Sequence record: OQ845957.1
From: Escherichia phage pEC-M719-6WT.1
Length of the DNA: 64,000 nt
Reading direction: 5' to 3' (one strand)
A program made the translations under genes and the position numbers. Under the pieces are notes generated by a model, which saw only the letters and a list, made by a program, of their open reading frames with translations, made no database searches and was not told where the DNA came from. Position 1 is the stretch's first letter, and every line of letters starts with the position of its first letter. This document shows positions 1-8,012 of this stretch, in pieces.

Positions 1-692
1 AGCGCGACAAACCAACACCTGCTGAATTGGGGGCTTATACTAAAGCTGAAACTGACCAGAAGATTGCAACAGCTATCACAAACTCTACAGACCTTAATAT
101 GATTTACCCTGTGGGTATGGTTACACTTTTTGCCTCTAATGTCAACCCTAACGTAGCCTTTGCAGGAACTACTTGGACTTACTTGGCAAATGGACAGTTC
201 AGAACTATTAGGGTAGCTGCTGAGGATGGTTCAGATGTTGGTTCAATTGGTGGTTCAGACTCTAGAACACTTTCTGTAGGCAACATCCCAAGCCATACAC
301 ATAGCTTCTCTGCAACCACAAGCTCATTTGACTATGGTACAAAAACATCTAATACAACTGGTGCTCACACTCACACAGTAAGTGGTAGTGCAGGTTCTGC
401 TGGTGCTCACACACACACAGTTAGTGGAGTATGGACAAGTAGTACAAAACGTAGTGGTGGTTCTGATTGGAATACTCCTTCTACTGTTAGTACTGTAACG
501 TCATCATCATCTGGTGCTCACACTCACTCCGTTAGTGGTACTGCTGCAAGTAATGGTAACCATGCTCATACAGTTAATATTGGTGCTCACGACCACACTT
601 TCAGTGGTAATACTGATGGTACGGGTTCTGGTGCAGCATTTGACGTCACTAACGCATTCATTAAATTGATGGCATGGGTTAGAACTGCGTAA
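1..692 (+). CDS. tail fiber-like protein, C-terminal fragment (5' end lies outside window)
   Basis: Reading frame open to window edge; Gly/Ser/Thr-rich with repeated GAHTHxVSG-type His-x-His boxes typical of phage fiber tips. Confidence 0.45.
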   Translation, partial: RDKPTPAELGAYTKAETDQKIATAITNSTDLNMIYPVGMVTLFASNVNPNVAFAGTTWTYLANGQFRTIRVAAEDGSDVGSIGGSDSRTLSVGNIPSHTHSFSATTSSFDYGTKTSNTTGAHTHTVSGSAGSAGAHTHTVSGVWTSSTKRSGGSDWNTPSTVSTVTSSSSGAHTHSVSGTAASNGNHAHTVNIGAHDHTFSGNTDGTGSGAAFDVTNAFIKLMAWVRTA

Positions 693-778
693 TCAACTTA
701 TTGACTAATTGTTAAGATGGTGTTAATATTTCTTAGTAGGTATTCTCACCATCTTGGCTTAAGAAGTAAGGTGATTAA

Positions 779-973
779 ATGCCAACTATCCTAGCAATCC
801 TCTTAAAAAACCTTGGGGCATTCTTCTGGAAGCTTGCACTTTCTCTTCTAAGTGAATACATGATTGAAAAAGCGTTCTTCAGACTTGCAAGATACCTTGC
901 GAGTAAGACTCACACGCCTATCGATGATGAATTTGTAGATAACTTGGAAAAAGCTTTTAAAGGTGAGAAATAA
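779..973 (+). CDS. hypothetical small protein
   Basis: 64 aa ORF, stop overlaps next start (ATGA). Confidence 0.25.
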   Translation: MPTILAILLKNLGAFFWKLALSLLSEYMIEKAFFRLARYLASKTHTPIDDEFVDNLEKAFKGEK

Positions 974-1347
974 TGAAGTGGTTAGAAGATGCTTTCAAGA
1001 ATAATATCGGTGCAATTGTTGTAGGTATTTTCAGTGTAATTGGGATGTACACTACAATGCAGGTCTCTGACGGAAAGCAGGAAGTTTCCGTTTCGACAAA
1101 GTTACAACAGCTTGATAGTTACAGCAAAGGCAACTATTCAGCTATTCGTGATTTACAATCTGACATGAAACTCCTGCAATTAGGCATGGAGAACCAGAAG
1201 GTTCAGTTAGAGAATGTAAAGGGTGAAAACGCCAAGTTGACCAAAACCCTTGATAAATTCTCTGACAGTGTTAACAACCTAGCACAGTCTGTATCAGCTT
1301 TGCAAGCAATCACTGAACAGAACACTCAAAATGCTAAGAAAAAATAA
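973..1347 (+). CDS. membrane-anchored coiled-coil protein
   Basis: N-terminal hydrophobic helix then heptad-like Q/L-rich region; intrinsic terminator follows. Confidence 0.3.
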   Translation: MKWLEDAFKNNIGAIVVGIFSVIGMYTTMQVSDGKQEVSVSTKLQQLDSYSKGNYSAIRDLQSDMKLLQLGMENQKVQLENVKGENAKLTKTLDKFSDSVNNLAQSVSALQAITEQNTQNAKKK

Positions 1348-1353
1348 GTTTAA

Positions 1354-1378
1354 GGCTCCCGTAAAAAGGAGCCTTTTT
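1354..1378 (+). terminator. intrinsic terminator
   Basis: GGCTCC..GGAGCC hairpin followed by TTTTTT between convergent genes. Confidence 0.55.
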
Positions 1379-1386
1379 TGTATCTA

Positions 1387-2283
1387 TCAACCTACTGACA
1401 AGGGAGCTTCAATCTTCCCTGCATGTCGATAGTCTTTGAAACCACCGATAAAGTCACTTGCAGTCATATGTTTGAGGTCATCCAGACATTTCAAATCTTG
1501 AACAATCTCAAACTTCGGTGCAGGAAACTCTTCATTACCTAAAAGCTGGAATACCTGATTCATGTGGTTCTGGTAAATCTGAGTATCACCAAAAGTACCA
1601 ATCAGATAACGAGGTGTATATCCAGTCATCTTGCAAAGCACTTCTAAGATAAAACCATAAGATGCAATGTTAAATGGCAAACCTAAGAAGCTGTCTACAG
1701 AACGTTGATACCATTTTAAATCCACTTCACCAGTATTCGAGATGTAAATCTGGAAAAGCACATGACAAGGTGGTAAAGCCATTGCATTAGCTGAGATATC
1801 AGCAGCATTCCAAGCATTAACCAGCATGTAACGGTCTGTAGGAGACTTTTTCATCTTGGTAATCAGATTGTCTAGCTGGTCAACTGTAACACCACCATGA
1901 CCTTCTGAGGCTCTCCACTGTACACCGTAGATACGTCCACCTGCATCATCTAACCAATCTTGCTCGCTTGCATACGTTGTTTTAAGCCAGCGTCTAAAGT
2001 CATTTGTCCAGATTGTCCAACGCTCTCCATCGTTTTCTCCCCAAGTACGATAACGAAGATGACCAAGTTTATTCTCACCGTTCAAGAACCATAAAGCTTC
2101 CCCGATAACTTGTCTGGTCAGAACCTGTTTAGAGGTCAGTAAAGGGAAACCAGTACGCATATCAAAACGAAACTCTGGAGGTGAGAACGTTGAAATTACA
2201 GAACCAGTTCTGGTTTTACGTTGCTCACCAACTGTTAAAACGTGGTTCAAGATATTTTTGTAGCTTACATCTGCTTGTGACAT
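1387..2283 (-). CDS. thyA: thymidylate synthase
   Basis: 298 aa; ThyA-like active-site region ALPPCH and overall ThyA-like sequence. Confidence 0.85.
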   Translation of the reverse strand: MSQADVSYKNILNHVLTVGEQRKTRTGSVISTFSPPEFRFDMRTGFPLLTSKQVLTRQVIGEALWFLNGENKLGHLRYRTWGENDGERWTIWTNDFRRWLKTTYASEQDWLDDAGGRIYGVQWRASEGHGGVTVDQLDNLITKMKKSPTDRYMLVNAWNAADISANAMALPPCHVLFQIYISNTGEVDLKWYQRSVDSFLGLPFNIASYGFILEVLCKMTGYTPRYLIGTFGDTQIYQNHMNQVFQLLGNEEFPAPKFEIVQDLKCLDDLKHMTASDFIGGFKDYRHAGKIEAPLSVG

Positions 2284-2284
2284 A

Positions 2285-2830
2285 TCAGAATCGTCCTCTT
2301 ACTTGTGGAACATAAATGTTGAATACAACGCTGTCATCCTTCGATGGTTTTGACTGTATTCTAGCAAAGGTTGACTCATCATACAAGTACTCAAAGAAAC
2401 CCTTGTAAGGAAGCTTCACAGTTGCTTCTTCAGTGACTTCACGAATATATGTTTGGCAAACTGCATCTGCATATGGTAAAGCTTGGATTAGAATGCTTAC
2501 CCCGCCAATTATACAAACATCTTGCTCGATACTATTATCAAGATGTTTTAAGAATGCCCCAAAAGCGTCTGAATGAACCTTAGCAAACATTACATCTTCT
2601 CTACCAAAATCTATACCTTCATACGGTAATGAGTTTGTCAGAACAAGATTATCACGGTCTGGTAAAGGTTTGCTTCCAAGACTCTTGAAAGTGTCATTAC
2701 CCATAACTACCAATTGACCTGTGGTAATCTTTTTGAACTCTTGCATGTCTTGCTTATTACGAGGCCAAGGCATACCAGAAGGGCAACCAAACTCCCCGTT
2801 AAGGCCATTTGCAAAAACTAATTTAATCAT
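2285..2830 (-). CDS. folA: dihydrofolate reductase
   Basis: 181 aa; DHFR-like N-terminus (GxPW, VVMG..T..S); immediately upstream of thyA in same operon. Confidence 0.75.
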   Translation of the reverse strand: MIKLVFANGLNGEFGCPSGMPWPRNKQDMQEFKKITTGQLVVMGNDTFKSLGSKPLPDRDNLVLTNSLPYEGIDFGREDVMFAKVHSDAFGAFLKHLDNSIEQDVCIIGGVSILIQALPYADAVCQTYIREVTEEATVKLPYKGFFEYLYDESTFARIQSKPSKDDSVVFNIYVPQVRGRF

Positions 2831-3099
2831 TGTGTGAACCCATTTACAATAAACCAGTTAGCAATATTCTTCACAGTTCTTACTGGATGGAACACTAAAC
2901 GTGGTTGTGGTTGATAACTACCATAAGCCCAGAAAGAGATGATGTTATTACAATCAGTGCAACGTGTGTACTCTTCTGCTACATTACCTGTGACAATCTC
3001 TGTAACCTCACCTTGGAAATTTGTACCCCCACAATGGGGGCATTTTAAAGGTTCGCCGTCTTGACTGTAGCATTGCTCAAACTTCTCAAACAGTTTCAT
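2827..3099 (-). CDS. zinc-ribbon protein
   Basis: CPHCGG ... CTDCNN paired Cys motifs. Confidence 0.3.
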   Translation of the reverse strand: MKLFEKFEQCYSQDGEPLKCPHCGGTNFQGEVTEIVTGNVAEEYTRCTDCNNIISFWAYGSYQPQPRLVFHPVRTVKNIANWFIVNGFTQ

Positions 3100-3617
3100 T
3101 TTTTATTCACCTTAAAAGTTTGCTGGATATCAACTACAAAATCTAAGTCATCATGTTCACTTGAACAGAAATCTGTAAAGTGTTTTGGAACAAAGCTTAG
3201 GAACTCCATAGAGCCATAATCACCAGTTAAGGTAATTGAATAGCCATTAGGACATTCAGCGTTTACCACATGTCTTCCAGCAATAGGCTTAACAATCTCT
3301 CTGATATCCTCTATGAAGATATTCAGCAGTGCTTTAAAGCTTTTAGGGTACTGTGTACCAGTGTACAACTCAATGCTTGCATCCAAACTCACAGTTATGG
3401 ATTTAGAATCTCTCAACTCAGTTGTAAACAAATGAGATGGAAGAATGCACAGTGAGTCTCCAGTATCTGAATCAACAAAATCTATAGTTCCAGCATCATA
3501 GTTTGTCTCTATCAAAAACTCACCTTCAAGCAAGTTACGATTTTTTAAATGGCTAAGAATCGTACTTTTAAGCAAGACTGCTTCGGGTTGCTCTAGTGTA
3601 GTTCCTATCTTCTGCAT
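3096..3617 (-). CDS. hypothetical protein
   Basis: 173 aa ORF in operon-like minus-strand block. Confidence 0.3.
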   Translation of the reverse strand: MQKIGTTLEQPEAVLLKSTILSHLKNRNLLEGEFLIETNYDAGTIDFVDSDTGDSLCILPSHLFTTELRDSKSITVSLDASIELYTGTQYPKSFKALLNIFIEDIREIVKPIAGRHVVNAECPNGYSITLTGDYGSMEFLSFVPKHFTDFCSSEHDDLDFVVDIQQTFKVNKK

Positions 3618-3618
3618 A

Positions 3619-4122
3619 TCAAACCTCTACAAATGTTTGCTTCACGTTATCGTATGAGTAGAATTTTATACACTTTTGAGTATTCCAGTCAACCTTTTCT
3701 TTGTAAGAGATACCTTTTGAGATTCTCTTACCAAGAGTTTGATAGATGATATCTCGCAGCTTTCTGTACTCAGGTGCATCATCTAAAACTTTTGCATCTG
3801 TAGTTGCCTTGTAACCATCTATAGAACGTTGATTCCAATCCTGCTGAGTTGGTGACATTGGCTTGTAAAGCTGTGGTAGATGGTTGTAAAGCATGTTACC
3901 TTCTTCTAAAGCAAGCTTCAGTTGGTGAAGATACTCATTCAAACGACCATCCTCTTCAAGCCATTCATACAGAGACTGTAAAGCTCCTAGATTGTTATTG
4001 TAATGTGCAGCACGTTTCACAGAACCTTTGTCAGTACGATAAGGTGACTTTGGCAGACTCAGTATCTGACCTTTCAACACATTAAACCCAAAGACCAAAT
4101 CTATTTTCATGGGAAGAGACAT
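3619..4122 (-). CDS. hypothetical protein
   Basis: 167 aa ORF, tightly packed with neighbours. Confidence 0.3.
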   Translation of the reverse strand: MSLPMKIDLVFGFNVLKGQILSLPKSPYRTDKGSVKRAAHYNNNLGALQSLYEWLEEDGRLNEYLHQLKLALEEGNMLYNHLPQLYKPMSPTQQDWNQRSIDGYKATTDAKVLDDAPEYRKLRDIIYQTLGKRISKGISYKEKVDWNTQKCIKFYSYDNVKQTFVEV

Positions 4123-4466
4123 TTGATATCCTCATTTTTAAATACAAAAGTTGTGTAGTTAGTACCTTCAACATCTAACCAGATAGCAGTAGCATCAACA
4201 CCATCAAGGTTGTTGAAAAGTTCTTTGATGAACGAGTTACGAACATCCTTTGCACAGGTTGTCTCAAGTTTAATGTTTGAGATTGCTGAACCAATTGCCA
4301 TATAGCCTTTGACACGATTCTTCTCAGAATGCTTGATATCACCTTTCTGTAGTTTAGCAATCATCTCTACAAGAATCCCATGCCCCCATACCTTCTCAGC
4401 CTCTGTAGGCTTACTATAAAAACCAATTGCAAAGTTGCCTTTAAAGATTGCATTTTCACGTTTCAT
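4107..4466 (-). CDS. hypothetical protein
   Basis: 119 aa ORF. Confidence 0.3.
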   Translation of the reverse strand: MKRENAIFKGNFAIGFYSKPTEAEKVWGHGILVEMIAKLQKGDIKHSEKNRVKGYMAIGSAISNIKLETTCAKDVRNSFIKELFNNLDGVDATAIWLDVEGTNYTTFVFKNEDIKCLFP

Positions 4467-4467
4467 A

Positions 4468-4767
4468 CTAATCTACCTTACTTAAGTTGAAGTTTAAGCC
4501 AAGTTTATCACAAACACTAATCATGTAGTCAAGAGATACTTTCCCACTACCATTCAGAATGTTTGAGACTCTGGCTTGAGATATTTCACAAATCTTTGCT
4601 ACCTGAATCTGTGAAAGGTTGTTTCTTTTCATGTGGATGTTTAACTTTTCAGAGATGTAAAACTTCATCTCATCAACATCCATTCCTGCTATATAAGCTT
4701 CCATTTCAGCCTCTCTATCTGCCCCCCAATCATCTTGAGGTGCATAAGGGTCAAAGATACTATTCAT
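4468..4767 (-). CDS. HTH (XRE-like) DNA-binding protein
   Basis: C-terminal helix-turn-helix-like segment LSQIQVAKICEISQARVSNILNG. Confidence 0.4.
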   Translation of the reverse strand: MNSIFDPYAPQDDWGADREAEMEAYIAGMDVDEMKFYISEKLNIHMKRNNLSQIQVAKICEISQARVSNILNGSGKVSLDYMISVCDKLGLNFNLSKVD

Positions 4768-4963
4768 CTTTCTTTCTCCGTTTACGAGAAGTGTCGATTA
4801 ACGAATCAAGGTTAGTAGCTCTAACTTGTTCACGAGTACCATTGATGTAGTTATCAAGGGACTCTACAACAGTGTTGAAGTCTTTAGCCCAAACTCTGTA
4901 AATAACTACGCCGTCATCGTCAATAACTTCACCATAGTCTACTCTACAGATACTCTTCTTCAT
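4760..4963 (-). CDS. hypothetical protein
   Basis: 67 aa ORF with basic C-terminus. Confidence 0.25.
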   Translation of the reverse strand: MKKSICRVDYGEVIDDDGVVIYRVWAKDFNTVVESLDNYINGTREQVRATNLDSLIDTSRKRRKKDE

Positions 4964-5340
4964 TGTGGAAGACCCATGCAGTGACGGTTAATGATAAAGT
5001 GTTCAACACCGTCTAAAGCACCCTGAGAAACGTGCTCTTTCACAACTTCAATTTCAGCAATCTGCTCAGGGTTAAGAACGTCAATGTTTTCTGTAACCAT
5101 CATATCAGAAACATCAAGGTAGTACTGCCCCATTGTGTGGTAATTGAAATCAATTATCTTGTCAGTTAATTCATAAACAGTGTCTTGAGAAATTGGCTTG
5201 GTCAATTCTCCAGCTTTAGAAACAACCTTTTTAGCAACCTGACAAGCTTCTACTCTGACGTTGTTGTAATCAATCTTTGGCATATCTGCATAAGCATTGA
5301 GGCTTAGTGCTGCAAAGAGACATAATGTAATCTTTTTCAT
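4960..5340 (-). CDS. secreted/periplasmic protein
   Basis: N-terminal signal peptide MKKITLCLFAALSLNAYA. Confidence 0.4.
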   Translation of the reverse strand: MKKITLCLFAALSLNAYADMPKIDYNNVRVEACQVAKKVVSKAGELTKPISQDTVYELTDKIIDFNYHTMGQYYLDVSDMMVTENIDVLNPEQIAEIEVVKEHVSQGALDGVEHFIINRHCMGLPQ

Positions 5341-5515
5341 AACTTACTCCTATATAATATTTTGTATATCTACGAGTATAAAAATAAGCTATAACACCTG
5401 ACTTGTCAACAGATTTTATAGCTTATTTGGCAGATTTTTTATAAGGCTACTGCCATCCTTCCATACCTTACCACACAAGACCAAACCATGCCGTACTCCA
5501 CTTCACAGTACCAAG

Positions 5516-5731
5516 CATCACTTAAAAATCCTCTTAAAGACCCTTAAGTGATGTAAGTCTCATTTTAATGTAGCTGAGACTAACTACCCATACCATGCCT
5601 TACACCACCGAACCACACCAAACCACACCAAACCATACCAAACCATACCAAACCATACCATACCAAACCAGAGCCTACTATACCATACCGAACCTCACTT
5701 AAAAACCCTCTTAGAAGACTCTTAAGTGATG
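5516..5731. repeat. composite repeat: two ~36-bp palindromic elements (CATCACTTAA-N18-TTAAGTGATG) flanking tandem decamer repeats (CCAAACCATA x5-6)
   Basis: Direct reading of 5516-5553, 5607-5675 and 5695-5731; intergenic. Confidence 0.7.
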
Positions 5732-5795
5732 CTGGTGAGTACCCGTTGGTTTATGCTGCTCAGTATACTCACCAAATTTTCTATGTCAACAACTT

Positions 5796-6896
5796 TTATT
5801 CATAATCTCGAATAACTAACCCAACAGGGAACTGTAAAGAACCCTTACGAGTCATCTTCTGGAACTGAACCGTTAAAGGTTTCCCGATAAACTCTTCAGG
5901 ATGTTCAGCAAGATACTGTTTCTTCTCATGGGTAGTCTTCCATGAAACATCTACAAAGACATTAGGAAGAGTCTCTACAACGAACTTACCATGACCACGC
6001 TTATCAGTCTTCACACCAGTTACTTTAAATTCCTCTGTGTGCATCTTCTTATGTTTAATCAGGAAGTAAGAACGGTGACCACACTCATAGAAAGAATCTG
6101 CTGAAATGGAACGGTACATTGCCCCTTCAAACTTCAGCTTAACCCAATTATCATGGGCTTTGTCAAACTCTTCCCAAGAGTTAACACGTATAGTTTGAAC
6201 AGGTACAACCTTGCAAGCATCGCCAAGTTCAACGATTGGTGAATTATCAATGATTTCACGTCGCTCAGGCCAAGACTTAGTGCTATCACAGATATCATAC
6301 CAGTAGAACTTAAGAAGGTGACGGTCTGGATTGTCAGCATTCTTAATCATTGAAACAATATCTTCCAAATCCCAACCATGAGCATAAATCTCACCATCGA
6401 AGTCTGCAACTTGTGGATGGCATTTAAGCAGTAAAAGTAAGTCTGGAATTAACTCTTCAGGTACGTTGTACACAGTATTTTCACGGGAATAAGCTGTGAA
6501 GTTCACTGAGTCAACATCTCTTGAAATCCTGCAACGAACACCATCAAGTTTTGGTTGAGCGTCAGCAGGGAATTTCAAATACTTTGCATGACTAACCTTG
6601 GAAGCATCATGAGCAAGCTGTACACCTACCTTTTCAGTATTCTGTGCAGACTCTTTTGTGTAAGCATAACCTTTGCGGTCAACTTGCTTCTTGTACTTAG
6701 CAGCAACTTCAAAGAGAGCTTGCTGTTCAGCGTTACGCTCATTCTTTTTACCGATGTTTTTCGGTTCTGCTGTGTACTCTTCAAACATCATCTTGCCATT
6801 CTCTTTACCATAGGTGGTAACAACTTTGTCACCTACAGCAACACATGACCAGACGTTAAAGGAACCATCTTTATTTTGTTTGTACAGAATTGTCAT
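5796..6896 (-). CDS. ATP-dependent DNA ligase
   Basis: 366 aa; adenylation motif KLDGVRC (KxDG). Confidence 0.7.
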   Translation of the reverse strand: MTILYKQNKDGSFNVWSCVAVGDKVVTTYGKENGKMMFEEYTAEPKNIGKKNERNAEQQALFEVAAKYKKQVDRKGYAYTKESAQNTEKVGVQLAHDASKVSHAKYLKFPADAQPKLDGVRCRISRDVDSVNFTAYSRENTVYNVPEELIPDLLLLLKCHPQVADFDGEIYAHGWDLEDIVSMIKNADNPDRHLLKFYWYDICDSTKSWPERREIIDNSPIVELGDACKVVPVQTIRVNSWEEFDKAHDNWVKLKFEGAMYRSISADSFYECGHRSYFLIKHKKMHTEEFKVTGVKTDKRGHGKFVVETLPNVFVDVSWKTTHEKKQYLAEHPEEFIGKPLTVQFQKMTRKGSLQFPVGLVIRDYE

Positions 6897-6987
6897 TTAT
6901 TTCTTTCCTCACAAGCTATGCAGCCTTTTGAATAGAAGGAGTGCCAAGCACATCCACCAAAGTCTTCTTCAATGATACTATAAATCT

Positions 6988-7194
6988 TCATTGCCATTTA
7001 CCCTTTAAGTGTACATTAACAATTTGGTGGTCGTAGCCAGTTTTCAGTTTGTGTTCAATAAATTCAACTTTGTGCTTCCAACCATCAATTTCAACAATCT
7101 CACCTTCTCGTGGGATTACCGGATTTCTTTGAGCAACGGTTGTAGTAGAGTGGACAACATCATAACGGTAGATATAGTTTACTAAAACTTGCAT
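6988..7194 (-). CDS. hypothetical protein
   Basis: 68 aa ORF. Confidence 0.25.
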   Translation of the reverse strand: MQVLVNYIYRYDVVHSTTTVAQRNPVIPREGEIVEIDGWKHKVEFIEHKLKTGYDHQIVNVHLKGKWQ

Positions 7195-7203
7195 AGGTTT
7201 TCC

Positions 7204-7431
7204 TTAAAAGAATAAGTCAGATGCTTTTGGAGAATCTTGCACAATACTCCAACCAGTCTTCTGCCAATCATACCCACAATACCATGAAGCCATTGGGTAA
7301 CCCATCTCACATACAATCTTTCCATCTTTCATTTCAAAGAACTCATCAGATGTGAAGTTCTTGTTACGAACTTTCTTACCTTTCTTCATTGCTTCAACAG
7401 CTTCTTCATAAGTCATTTTTGGTATCTCCAA
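7204..7431 (-). CDS. hypothetical protein
   Basis: 75 aa ORF. Confidence 0.25.
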   Translation of the reverse strand: MEIPKMTYEEAVEAMKKGKKVRNKNFTSDEFFEMKDGKIVCEMGYPMASWYCGYDWQKTGWSIVQDSPKASDLFF

Positions 7432-7738
7432 TATTCAATATCAATAAGTTCTTGTGCAATGCTTTTCAGATTACCTTTCGTAGTCTAAGCCCCTGCTCCA
7501 AGCGTCAGCGATTAAGGCTGTAGCTTTATCTTTGCTTCTGATAACTTCATCAGATTTTTCAATCTTACTGTTCACGATGCTCTACCTCTCTGTATGTTTG
7601 TCGGTAATTTATAATAAGTTGTGCCAACTCGTTACTCTTGACGTTTGAACGTAGAAGTTGCCAATCAAAGCCTTTACCAACCCTGCCATATAAGCTAAAC
7701 AGTTTTACCTTGCGTTTCATTTTTGGTATCTCCAATAC

Positions 7739-7951
7739 TCAAAAGTCAATATTAATACGCTCACCCTTAAGGACTCCTGTACGGTCTCTTGCAATCTTAC
7801 CGTCAACAATAAGGATATGTGCAGCCCTTAAAGAGTCACGATTAAAACCTTTTACAAACTTACTAGTCATCACCACAATAAGCATCTCCTGAATTAAATC
7901 TGGAGTGTAGCAGTTGTCGTGGAGTTGTTGAATAACGTCTGCAAGTGTCAT
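7739..7951 (-). CDS. hypothetical protein
   Basis: 70 aa ORF upstream of DNA polymerase. Confidence 0.25.
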   Translation of the reverse strand: MTLADVIQQLHDNCYTPDLIQEMLIVVMTSKFVKGFNRDSLRAAHILIVDGKIARDRTGVLKGERINIDF

Positions 7952-8012
7952 ATGGCCTCCTATATAAGTTATTGTATAAGGTACTCTTCCATGAGCACCT
8001 TGTCAATACCAA

